From the IMG/VR virus record IMGVR_UViG_3300005688_000042: DNA of 64,000 bases; one strand, 5' to 3'. Below are positions 45,242 through 54,038 of this stretch, one piece after another. Below the pieces are notes generated by a model. That model saw only the letters and a program-made list of their open reading frames with translations. It searched no databases and was not told the DNA's origin. The translations under genes and the position numbers were made by a program. The first letter of the stretch is position 1. The number at the start of each line of letters is the position of its first letter. This DNA is from a virus. Taxonomy: Duplodnaviria > Heunggongvirae > Uroviricota > Caudoviricetes.

Positions 45242-45813
45242 GGATCTGTAATAACTAATTGTGGTCCTTGTGGGGTCAAACGAACCATGATGTTATTAGC
45301 GTGCAAATCATATCTAAATTTGTTAGATTTTCGCAATGATAGGAATTCTTGTTCTATCATTCCTAAAGCTTTTTTGTATGATTCAAGTTTAATTGGCGAA
45401 GATGCAGATTTTACCAAATCATATAGTTTACCTTTATCATTTAAAGCTGCACCATCAAAGTAAATATTATTTATTAGATTAAATCGGTGTGTATTCTCTT
45501 CATGATCGTCGGTATTAAGGTATTCTTCTAATGTAAAGGGTAATTTTTCCATCTTCCATTTCTTACCACGTTGAATTTGATAAATGCGAGGAAAGTGTGG
45601 GTTGGATTGGGCTAATTTGTTGTTAACATATGCATCATACGCGGGGTCTTCGTCTATACCCTTGTTTACTTTATTGATCATGAATGGATCTTCGTCACCC
45701 TTTACGGCTGCGAAAAAACCAGAGCCTTTAACCTCTGGGTCTTCTTTAGATGAATCTGGGAAAGTATCCGCTACCTCTTGATCAAATGCCTCGCACAACT
45801 GTTTTAGTTTCAT
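45223..45813 (-). CDS. hypothetical protein (tandem paralogue)
   Basis: See previous. Confidence 0.5.
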   Translation of the reverse strand: MKLKQLCEAFDQEVADTFPDSSKEDPEVKGSGFFAAVKGDEDPFMINKVNKGIDEDPAYDAYVNNKLAQSNPHFPRIYQIQRGKKWKMEKLPFTLEEYLNTDDHEENTHRFNLINNIYFDGAALNDKGKLYDLVKSASSPIKLESYKKALGMIEQEFLSLRKSNKFRYDLHANNIMVRLTPQGPQLVITDPWETME

Positions 45814-45870
45814 ATTTTCAATAGATTATTACTTATTATTTATGTAAAACATTTGTCACGAATATCTATT

Positions 45871-46017
45871 TCATTTTGGAATTTCCGTCAAAACAAGTTG
45901 TTTGCCAATAGTATTCGTAATTTTATATTTTTTACCATTAATGTTATAAATCTTACTACGAATGTACCGATCATATTCATGTGGTAAATATTTCTCATAA
46001 AATTTATGTTCACTCAT
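45871..46017 (-). CDS. small hypothetical protein (48 aa)
   Basis: Hand translation MSEHKFYEKYLPHEYDRYIRSK...; 4 nt after the upstream stop. Confidence 0.3.
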   Translation of the reverse strand: MSEHKFYEKYLPHEYDRYIRSKIYNINGKKYKITNTIGKQLVLTEIPK

Positions 46018-46021
46018 TGAC

Positions 46022-46357
46022 TTACCATTTACATGTTGTTCCATCGCGATAATAGCTAATTAAAGGTGGGAGATCATTATCTCTGAATATTTTACCATCC
46101 ATGTGATACACTTGTGACTTGATCGTGCCATCATCATGGAATAAAATATCGGATGGATCACCATTGCCATGTAGAATTTGATGCGAGGGATCTTTGTATG
46201 ATTTAACCGAATGCAGTACACCCCCACATTTTTCTTCAACAACGTATAGTCCGTTAATAAGTCCCTTGTCTATTTTTGTAATCATGTAAAGTAAGTTCAT
46301 GTTCATATTTGTTCCGTGGTAGTTTAGATAGGAAGATTGTACCATGCTTGCACACAT
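46022..46357 (-). CDS. hypothetical protein with MORN-like G/Y repeats
   Basis: YHMDGKIFRDND, YYRDGTT motifs. Confidence 0.4.
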   Translation of the reverse strand: MCASMVQSSYLNYHGTNMNMNLLYMITKIDKGLINGLYVVEEKCGGVLHSVKSYKDPSHQILHGNGDPSDILFHDDGTIKSQVYHMDGKIFRDNDLPPLISYYRDGTTCKW

Positions 46358-46714
46358 AACGAAAGTGGGGTAACATGTGAAAACAAATTAAGGAAACAGA
46401 TGATGATCCAAAGATATAAACCAGTAACTTTTCATGGAATGTATGACAATGATGTTGGGGGATATGTAAGATACGAAGATTATGTTAAAGAGTTAAACAA
46501 ATACAAACCAACTGAAAAAGATCCGTTCTCTGTCAAGTACGAACATCCAAGTGCGAAGGGATACATCATGAAGTATGCAAGTAATTATGGCGAAATGTTA
46601 AGGCTTGTAAATGATTTAAGAAAGGTTGATGGCATCTCTAACATCAGAGTGTTTGCGATGACTGAGCTAGACATAATGGAAACTGTAGTCATTAATGTTA
46701 AACCACCAGAATAA
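46337..46714 (+). CDS. hypothetical protein, member of a 3-gene paralogue family
   Basis: C-terminus ISNIRVFAMTELDIMETVVINV; compare 46740 and 48836. Confidence 0.45.
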   Translation: MYHACTHNESGVTCENKLRKQMMIQRYKPVTFHGMYDNDVGGYVRYEDYVKELNKYKPTEKDPFSVKYEHPSAKGYIMKYASNYGEMLRLVNDLRKVDGISNIRVFAMTELDIMETVVINVKPPE

Positions 46715-46739
46715 AAAATAGAACTCATTATATTACACG

Positions 46740-47117
46740 GTGAAAAAAATGACAATTAATAAATTTAGTCCAGTACAAGGTATGTTTGAACATAGTGATG
46801 GTGATTTCATGAGGGTCGTCGATCATCAAGATGAAGTGTTACGACTTAAAGGAATCATTAATTCATTGTATGATCAATTGAGTGAGATAAGTTCTCTGAA
46901 AGATACAGTTGAAAAACTCAAACCGAGTATGAATTCAAGCTTTGTAGTTAAATATAGGGAAGAAGGAACATATAAAGAGCATATAAAATATCATAGATGG
47001 TTTAACCATGCGGTTAAGCACATAAACGAATTACAAAAAGATCCAAATGTTTTTAGTATTAGAGCATTTGCATTGACAGAGGTTCCTATTGTAGACTCAT
47101 TGACAATACAACTATAA
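46740..47117 (+). CDS. hypothetical protein (paralogue)
   Basis: FSIRAFALTEVPIVDSLTIQL. Confidence 0.45.
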   Translation: MKKMTINKFSPVQGMFEHSDGDFMRVVDHQDEVLRLKGIINSLYDQLSEISSLKDTVEKLKPSMNSSFVVKYREEGTYKEHIKYHRWFNHAVKHINELQKDPNVFSIRAFALTEVPIVDSLTIQL

Positions 47118-47314
47118 TTACAAAAACGTAATTTTATTTTTGATATGTAACCAATATAGGATAGAATGAAATGGTTGTGAAAAAGTCCACACCAATGATT
47201 TATAGAAGTGACAAAACCAAAAACGTAAATCTATTTTTGACCTAATTACAAAGTATGTTGTAGGAAACATTGTCACCAGAAAAGCCACACCAATGGTTTA
47301 GAATGACCATAGAG

Positions 47315-47346
47315 GCTAAATGCTAACGCAAGCGTTAGCATTTAGC
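47315..47346. repeat. perfect 15-bp inverted repeat hairpin GCTAAATGCTAACGC-aa-GCGTTAGCATTTAGC
   Basis: Read directly. Confidence 0.7.
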
Positions 47347-47527
47347 CTGTGGAAGGGGTTAGGGGATGGTGAATTTGACCATATTATGGGCTAAAATGTC
47401 AATGTTACTGGGGAATAATTTTGGCAAGATTTTTGAAGAGATGGTAATATGAGTACAGATAACGGGCCAAAAGTAGCGTAAGTGACTGTTTTAAAGCAGT
47501 TTTTTGAAATTTTGAGTCGAAGTGTGG

Positions 47528-47535
47528 TATAAATA
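47528..47535 (+). promoter_or_regulatory. T4-type late promoter TATAAATA (a second variant CATAAATAC lies 35 nt downstream)
   Basis: Read directly. Confidence 0.4.
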
Positions 47536-47606
47536 CAACAAAGATTATTTTAAGAATGTTGCATAAATACAACAAGAATACAGTGAGAACGATTGTTTTT
47601 TAATTG

Positions 47607-47614
47607 TATAAATA
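47607..47614 (+). promoter_or_regulatory. T4-type late promoter TATAAATA
   Basis: Read directly. Confidence 0.4.
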
Positions 47615-48236
47615 ATAGTATAAGTATATGATAATAAAGAATAATTTGAATTATTTTTGAATTATGGTAAAGATTATTGATGCGATAGTATTATGAGGAA
47701 TCTAAGGGAAAAAAATTCGTATACTTCACATAAAAAACCCTTATAAATCAAGCACTTACGTAACTTTTTTAAAGTATTTTCTTATAATTTTATCCCACCG
47801 TAGCCGCCAAAACGGTCCAAAAAACCCTCTAGTATAGCATAATTCCCACCCTCTTGTCAAGCGTTTTTCGCAACTTTTTGCGAGATTTTACAATTACTTT
47901 TCCCTTTAGAATCAATGACTTACGATTTTCTTTACAAATGATACCCTCCTACCATACTTCGACCCTCCTGTCAACCATTTTTCGAAAGATTTACACAAAA
48001 TTTACTTTATAAATCAACAACTTATAGGTAAATCTTGCGCCAACCACATGATAGCAAATAGTTATATACCATGTCAAGTGCCATTTTATATTATTTTGTT
48101 CAGCTATCGTTCAGGTATGGTATGTTAAAATAGGGTGGAGGTTGGGAGAATAGGGTTAAATTCTCATCAAAGCGTGATATTGTGATTGCACAATTCACGC
48201 TTCGCGTGATACAATGAGCAAACGAAGGAGATTTTT

Positions 48237-48449
48237 ATGTTGAATGATCTTGTGGATAGTGTGAAAAGGGAAATTATGGACCATTGGAGGATTGAAACAG
48301 CCCTTAAAAATGGTTTCCTAGAGGATGTAGAGGGTGCTATACGCGAAGCGATCATCCGTGGTATCACCTATGGGGGTATGGATCAGGGTATTTTTAAGGA
48401 AGCTTTGACAGTTTGTGAAGAAATGGATAAGGAAACAGACAACATATAA
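48237..48449 (+). CDS. hypothetical protein
   Basis: ORF track; AAGGAG RBS. Confidence 0.5.
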   Translation: MLNDLVDSVKREIMDHWRIETALKNGFLEDVEGAIREAIIRGITYGGMDQGIFKEALTVCEEMDKETDNI

Positions 48450-48835
48450 ACTTAAAAAGTGGTAAAAAGTGGGAATTTCATTGTAAATTTGATCTAATCA
48501 TTAGGGTCTGAGGGTATCCAGCAAAGACTTTTTTGTTTCAAAAGTGGTAAAAAGTGGTTTTTTGGCTGTTTTGTTCATGATTTGTTCAGGTACGGTGTGT
48601 TAAAATGGGTGCGTGGTCGGGGGAACCGTGGCTCGAAATTGATAAGTGCTTGATTTATAAGGGTTTTGTACATTAGCATTTCCTAATGTATTCACTTTGG
48701 GGGTAGTAAACATAGACTTTTTTGTGGTAGGAACGTGCGCACGATCATATGATGGTCCACAGAGCACAAAGTTGTTGCATGTTAGCCTTAGAGCATGTAT
48801 AGTTATGGTCACTGAATGGACTTGGAGTTATAAAC

Positions 48836-49195
48836 ATGACTATTAAACGATACCGATATGATCCGAATGAAGAGTGCTTCAATGAGCATGAAAGGGGTAA
48901 CGTAGTCTTCTGGGCTGATCATCAGGAGATTGTGGATAGACATGAAAGGACCGTAGAAGGTCTCAGGGAGACCATTAAGATTAGTAATGATCGTTTGAAG
49001 CCTAGTAAGCAACATATGTACCTTGTTCAATGGTGGATTGGTCCACATGATCCTATCATGGCAGTCAAACACTATGATGCGCTGGAAGACTTTCTAAGCA
49101 ATCTGGCCGAGAATAGTTCTATTAATGATATCAGTGTATGTGCATTACATCCAGTCAAGGTAACTACAAAGAAAGTGTTGACAGTCGAACTTTGA
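48836..49195 (+). CDS. hypothetical protein (third paralogue of the 46337 family)
   Basis: C-terminus INDISVCALHPVKVTTKKVLTVEL. Confidence 0.45.
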   Translation: MTIKRYRYDPNEECFNEHERGNVVFWADHQEIVDRHERTVEGLRETIKISNDRLKPSKQHMYLVQWWIGPHDPIMAVKHYDALEDFLSNLAENSSINDISVCALHPVKVTTKKVLTVEL

Positions 49196-49233
49196 TGCGG
49201 TAGTATCATTACACACTCACTGAGGAACCTACC

Positions 49234-49506
49234 ATGAAGATCAAGTATAACCGTAACAGCATGTTTGCTACCATTCGTTTCCTTCGCGAGCATAATCCTA
49301 CTGCTGGTAGGATGACTGAATTGGATATTCTTAATGATATTGAACGCACTATGATTCAGTGTGCCAAGGATGAAGAGATGATCTATTGTGGTACGATGGG
49401 GTATATGGTACTGAAAGTTGATGATGAAGATGGTGTAACTGATTTTGAGATCATGGTTGATCCCGGTATCTGTATGGGCTATGAATCTGTTACTATTGAG
49501 TGTTAA
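49234..49506 (+). CDS. hypothetical protein
   Basis: ORF track; GAGGAA RBS. Confidence 0.45.
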   Translation: MKIKYNRNSMFATIRFLREHNPTAGRMTELDILNDIERTMIQCAKDEEMIYCGTMGYMVLKVDDEDGVTDFEIMVDPGICMGYESVTIEC

Positions 49507-49516
49507 ATAGGAAAAA

Positions 49517-49563
49517 GCAAAGTTGCTAAATACGTTTTATACATACGTATTTAGCAACTTTGC
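49517..49563. terminator. perfect 19-bp inverted repeat hairpin, probable factor-independent (possibly bidirectional) terminator
   Basis: GCAAAGTTGCTAAATACGT-tttatacat-ACGTATTTAGCAACTTTGC, flanked by TTTTT on the left and AAAAAATTTTT on the right. Confidence 0.55.
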
Positions 49564-49716
49564 AAAAAATTTTTGAACTTTTTTGTTCAGTTCATGTTCA
49601 GGTACCATCTAATATAATTGATACATCAATCAACGGGATAATATAATGAACATCATGCGAATTCAGAATGCGACCAATCTATATTTTGTGTTTAATCACA
49701 TTGGCGAGAGTTATTA

Positions 49717-50007
49717 ATGATATTGGAAATCTCTGGTGGTATAGCAATAGGCTTAATTATCGGTTTCGCTATCGGTAGATATTATACTGGTAATGAAACC
49801 GTTCTAAGGCTTAGGAAGAGAGGGTATTCCATAAAAAGTCGATCAACTTATTATGGTCCTACTTACTACTATTTTTCTTATAATGGATTTAATGATAGGT
49901 TACAGCCTGTATCAATAACTGGTAATGAGTTTACTGTATATGATGATGCGGTGGCTAATGCCGATGCCCATTATTATGCGATGGCCTTAAAGAATTCACC
50001 TATTTGA
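49717..50007 (+). CDS. hypothetical protein with N-terminal TM helix
   Basis: ORF track. Confidence 0.45.
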   Translation: MILEISGGIAIGLIIGFAIGRYYTGNETVLRLRKRGYSIKSRSTYYGPTYYYFSYNGFNDRLQPVSITGNEFTVYDDAVANADAHYYAMALKNSPI

Positions 50008-50103
50008 TTGTTCAGTTAGCGTTCAGCTTAGTGTGGTATCATACTACGTATGAATTGGCATTGGCCAATATAGTTATCCCATCAAACAACGGAGTAAGTT
50101 TAC

Positions 50104-50838
50104 ATGACCACTAAGTTGCTCTCTATCTCTGCCGATGCTAAGACTGTCAAGGGTAACGCGCTAGGCGTTCTGACAGGCATCCTGTACCTTGCACCTTATG
50201 ATATCTCAGGCTATCAAGTCTGCCCTAAGTCTACCGATGCTTGCCGTAAGACTTGCCTGTTCACGGCTGGGCGTGGAGTCTATGACACTGTTAAAAAGGC
50301 TCGCATTCGCAAGACTAAATGGTTCTTTGAGGATCGCAATACTTTCATGGTACAGTTGTATAATGATATTAAGTTCCTTGTCCGCAAGGCTAAGAAACTT
50401 AAGATGGTCCCTGCCGTTCGGTTGAATGGTACGTCTGATATTGCTTGGGAAAAGTTTGCGGTTACGTTTGATGGGATCACATATCCTAACCTTATGACCG
50501 CATTCCCCGAAGCATCATTCTATGAATACACAAAAATCCTTAACCGCAAGAGTGCATTGCATATTCCTAACTATCATCTCACGTTCTCTTTGTCTGAGAA
50601 TAACGATAAGGAAGCATTGAAGGCTCTGGCCGCTGGTATGAATGTTGCTGTAGTCGTCAATACAAAGCGTAAGGCTGCCAAGCCTGTTACATTCTCTGGC
50701 TTTCCTGCCATTGATGGCGACCTTAGTGATGTTCGGTTCCTTGATGCAAAGGGTAACATTATCCTCTTGACTGCCAAGGGTAAGGCGCGATATGATAAGT
50801 CTGGTTTCGTGAAGTCTCTTGACTACAGGATTGGATGA
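50104..50838 (+). CDS. conserved phage protein, possibly Gp88-family (Cys-x5-Cys-x3-Cys motif)
   Basis: LAPYDISGYQVCPKSTDACRKTCLFTAGRG recalls the Gp88 family N-terminus; from memory only. Confidence 0.35.
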   Translation: MTTKLLSISADAKTVKGNALGVLTGILYLAPYDISGYQVCPKSTDACRKTCLFTAGRGVYDTVKKARIRKTKWFFEDRNTFMVQLYNDIKFLVRKAKKLKMVPAVRLNGTSDIAWEKFAVTFDGITYPNLMTAFPEASFYEYTKILNRKSALHIPNYHLTFSLSENNDKEALKALAAGMNVAVVVNTKRKAAKPVTFSGFPAIDGDLSDVRFLDAKGNIILLTAKGKARYDKSGFVKSLDYRIG

Positions 50839-50839
50839 A

Positions 50840-51325
50840 ATGAAAGTTAAACATGCGTATGCAAACTCATATCGGGTTCTTCATGATGAAGTGGAACACA
50901 TTCTGACATTTTATAAATGGGATGGTGGAGAACATTCATTAAAAGAATATATTAATGAATACCATGGTAACGTGATGACTTGGATGGTGCCATTGTTTAA
51001 ACGAAATGGATTTTACCAGAATCGAAGGACGGGATTCACATGGATGGAGATTAATGATCTAGCTTTTACTAATAGACATATGAAGGCGCAATTTGATTAT
51101 GATCTATCGGTTCTTAATCAAAAGGTACATAGTACACGTGAAATCAATGCCATGAATGAATTGTTTAAACTGAATTCATTGTCGCCTAAATGTATGCAAG
51201 AGATTCGCCAAGCATTGTATAATAATAAAAATCGGACTGAATTGCGATTGATTGGGTTGTCTGGATTGCGTACTCGCAAAAGAGTAATAGCTTTCAAAGA
51301 AAAACATAACATTGCAAAGGAGTAG
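50840..51325 (+). CDS. hypothetical protein (start trimmed to MKVKHAY)
   Basis: ORF track 50819..51325. Confidence 0.4.
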   Translation: MKVKHAYANSYRVLHDEVEHILTFYKWDGGEHSLKEYINEYHGNVMTWMVPLFKRNGFYQNRRTGFTWMEINDLAFTNRHMKAQFDYDLSVLNQKVHSTREINAMNELFKLNSLSPKCMQEIRQALYNNKNRTELRLIGLSGLRTRKRVIAFKEKHNIAKE

Positions 51326-51408
51326 TTGACAAGTAAGTAAAAACCAAGTAACCTAACAACGTGGAAATGATCCACGAAATTTTTAAACCCACTAACCGGA
51401 GAAACAAA

Positions 51409-51732
51409 ATGAATACAGAAATCGAAACTGTTGCAACTGAAACTGTTGATACCGTTGTCCATGCTGATACCAGCGCAGTCGTTGAAGGTGCTGTTACTGA
51501 GGCTACTAACACTGCCGCAGAAGCTACGCCTAGTGTGAAGCCTGCCAAGGCCAAGGGTGTACCGGGACGTCCGCGTGTTGCTGGCTCTGCCCTCTCTCGT
51601 GCTCGCTCCATTTATGCCGCTAACCCTACTGCTGCCCGTGCTGACATCGTGGCTAAGTTTGTTGCGGATGGCATTAGCAAGCCGATTGCCAATACCTACT
51701 TCCACCTGATTCAGAAGTCTAACAAGCGATAA
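51409..51732 (+). CDS. acidic/Ala-rich protein with AT-hook-like PGRPR (start trimmed to MNTEIETV)
   Basis: ORF track 51361..51732; GGAG RBS before the ATG at 51409. Confidence 0.4.
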   Translation: MNTEIETVATETVDTVVHADTSAVVEGAVTEATNTAAEATPSVKPAKAKGVPGRPRVAGSALSRARSIYAANPTAARADIVAKFVADGISKPIANTYFHLIQKSNKR

Positions 51733-51740
51733 TAGGGAGA

Positions 51741-52094
51741 ATGACAATGAAGCGTAAGATTAATTTCAAGTTTCATGTCATTCAGATGGCCGATCATCGT
51801 GTTACGGTGGGGTACATTCCTACCGTAACATCTGAAGGGCTTCAGGTCAAGATTGCAGCCGCATGGACTAATCCAAAGGATCAGTTTGTAAAGGCTCGTG
51901 GTCGTGAGATTGTAGCTGGTCGTCTGGATGCTGGTCGTAATGTTTTCGATATTACGATTCCCAATGCCAAGCATCCTACCAAGGCTGGGGAGTATCGCGA
52001 ACTGGAGAGCAAGATTATTGACAAGGTGATGGACGAAATGCCAAAGGCTGTAATCCAAGCCGCTGAACGTGCTGAAAGGCGTCTTGACTCATAA
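51741..52094 (+). CDS. hypothetical protein
   Basis: ORF track. Confidence 0.45.
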   Translation: MTMKRKINFKFHVIQMADHRVTVGYIPTVTSEGLQVKIAAAWTNPKDQFVKARGREIVAGRLDAGRNVFDITIPNAKHPTKAGEYRELESKIIDKVMDEMPKAVIQAAERAERRLDS

Positions 52095-52156
52095 TTCCGA
52101 AAATTAGCACAAATAATATCATCTGCTATAAATAGATATATGAAAGGTGATATTAC

Positions 52157-52735
52157 ATGAAACTTCGACAATGGGCAAATAAACAAGGGATTTCCTACTT
52201 GACAGCGCTTCGCTGGTTCAAGGCAGGTAAAATTCCAAATTCAACTCAATTCCCATCTGGCACCATCATAATACAAGATGAGCTGCCTGTCAACACGGAT
52301 GAAAATAAATCAGTACATATCTATGCCAGAGTTTCTTCACATGAGAAGAAAGATGATCTAACCAGACAAGCCCAAAGATGTGTTGAATTTGCTAATGCCA
52401 ATGGATACGAAATAATCTCAGTTACAAAAGAAATTGCTTCTGGCATGAATGATAAGCGACCAAAATTAATTAAATTGATTGAACAGAAACCAAAACATAT
52501 CATTGTTGAGCACAAGGACAGATTGACCAGATTTGGATTCAATTACTTTGATTTATTACTTCCTATGATTGGTTGTAAATTAACTGTTATGAATAGAGAT
52601 CAAGAAGAGCATGCGGATTTAATGAAAGATTTAGTTTCTGTTATTACATCATTTTGTTGTAAATTATATGGTCTGCGCAGAGCGCAGAACAAGAAACAAA
52701 AGATCCAACAAATATTGGAAGACGAAAATGTTTAA
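52157..52735 (+). CDS. tnpA: IS607-type TnpA serine recombinase with MerR-like HTH
   Basis: NKQGISYLTALRWF HTH; IYARVSS...RQ. Confidence 0.7.
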   Translation: MKLRQWANKQGISYLTALRWFKAGKIPNSTQFPSGTIIIQDELPVNTDENKSVHIYARVSSHEKKDDLTRQAQRCVEFANANGYEIISVTKEIASGMNDKRPKLIKLIEQKPKHIIVEHKDRLTRFGFNYFDLLLPMIGCKLTVMNRDQEEHADLMKDLVSVITSFCCKLYGLRRAQNKKQKIQQILEDENV

Positions 52736-53783
52736 AAGAGCTATTAAGTTGAAATCATATGCAACAGAAGCAAAGCAAAATAAAGTCCTTGCTTTGATTA
52801 GTCGCTATAGATGTCAAGTTAATATGTTTATAGATTACATCTGGAACAACAAAGAAACAGCAAAATTAGATGCTAAAACATTGAAATCTATAGATAAAGT
52901 TCAAGATTTATCCGAAAGATATAAATCCAATGCATTGAAACAGGCACTTCAAATTTGTAAAAGCGAAAAGAACAAATCCAAACCAGATTTCAATGGTTAT
53001 CCGGTGCTAGATGCAAAGTTCGTGTCTATTGACACGAACAAATCTTCAAAAGAATTTGATTTGTGGATAAAATTATCAACATTGAAATCTGGAAGACGAA
53101 TAGAAATACCAACAAAGAAGCATGCACATTTAAACAAATGGCTTAAAACTGGTACATTGATACAAGGCTGTGAGCTTCGCCCAGACGGTTTCATCGTCTG
53201 GGTAGAGGCGAACCCACCTGAAAAGAAAAATAGCTTGAAGGTCGGTGTAGACATCGGAATGAACAAGCTATTGACCACTAGCTATGGTGAAAAATTAGGA
53301 ACTGATTTTAATCGAATCAATGATAAAATTCTAAGGAAGAAAAAGAACAGTAAGAATTACAAAAGAGCCATAGCAGAAAAGAAAAACTATATAAATCAAT
53401 CAGTTAACTTGCTTCCGTGGACAGAAATGGAAGTGCTTTGCTATGAAAACATTAAAAATTTGAAGAAAGGAAGTACAAAAAGAAATAAACAAACAAGACA
53501 AAAACAGCAACATTGGAGCTATAGACAAGTTATAGAAGCTATGAAAATGAAGGCCCAAGCTAACCGTGTTAGCTTGGTCTATGTTAATCCGGCTTACACT
53601 TCTCAGAAATGTTCCGCTTGTGGTAATATTGCTGCATCCAGTCGATATCTAGAAAATTATTGTTGCATCAGTTGCGGTCATACACAAGACGCAGATGTAA
53701 ATGCAGCAAAAAATATTCTACACAAAGGACTAGACTGGATAACGAGCTTAGAGTCCGTTAAGTCAAAAAGTGCTATCATATGA
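52728..53783 (+). CDS. tnpB: TnpB (OrfB), intact RuvC motifs and zinc finger (start trimmed to MFKRAIKL, ATGTTTAA overlap)
   Basis: VDIGMNK, YENIKNL, YTSQKCSACG...CISCGH, DADVNAAKNI. Confidence 0.7.
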   Translation: MFKRAIKLKSYATEAKQNKVLALISRYRCQVNMFIDYIWNNKETAKLDAKTLKSIDKVQDLSERYKSNALKQALQICKSEKNKSKPDFNGYPVLDAKFVSIDTNKSSKEFDLWIKLSTLKSGRRIEIPTKKHAHLNKWLKTGTLIQGCELRPDGFIVWVEANPPEKKNSLKVGVDIGMNKLLTTSYGEKLGTDFNRINDKILRKKKNSKNYKRAIAEKKNYINQSVNLLPWTEMEVLCYENIKNLKKGSTKRNKQTRQKQQHWSYRQVIEAMKMKAQANRVSLVYVNPAYTSQKCSACGNIAASSRYLENYCCISCGHTQDADVNAAKNILHKGLDWITSLESVKSKSAII

Positions 53784-53831
53784 TAGCTAAATCACTAACT
53801 CTGCTACGAGTGTTAAATCTGTAATATAACA

Positions 53832-53864
53832 GAACCCCACCTGAGACGTGGGGTTTCTTTTTTG
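53832..53864 (+). terminator. rho-independent terminator
   Basis: CCCCAC-ctgaga-CGTGGGG followed by TTTCTTTTTTG. Confidence 0.65.
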
Positions 53865-54038
53865 TCTTTCCTACCATCCCCGACCTCCATCCCATTTTAC
53901 CACATATAATATAACTCTGTCTTGTTGTTTTTTCGCAACATTCATAAACCGTTCATGAAGAAAGAAAACGGTTTTGTTCATTTACCGTTCATCGTACTGT
54001 GCTATGATTCATCCATACAAACCAACTGGAGAAAAGAA

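Larger units (their letters stand above)
47118..48236. other. 1.1-kb ORF-free, repeat-rich regulatory region (direct repeats, inverted repeats, several late-promoter boxes)
   Basis: No ORF of 60 aa or more; repeats and boxes detailed in findings. Confidence 0.5.
52127..53864 (+). mobile_element. IS607-like element copy 3 (intact TnpA + TnpB, terminator at right end); begins TATAAATAGAT
   Basis: Gene pair below. Confidence 0.55.
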
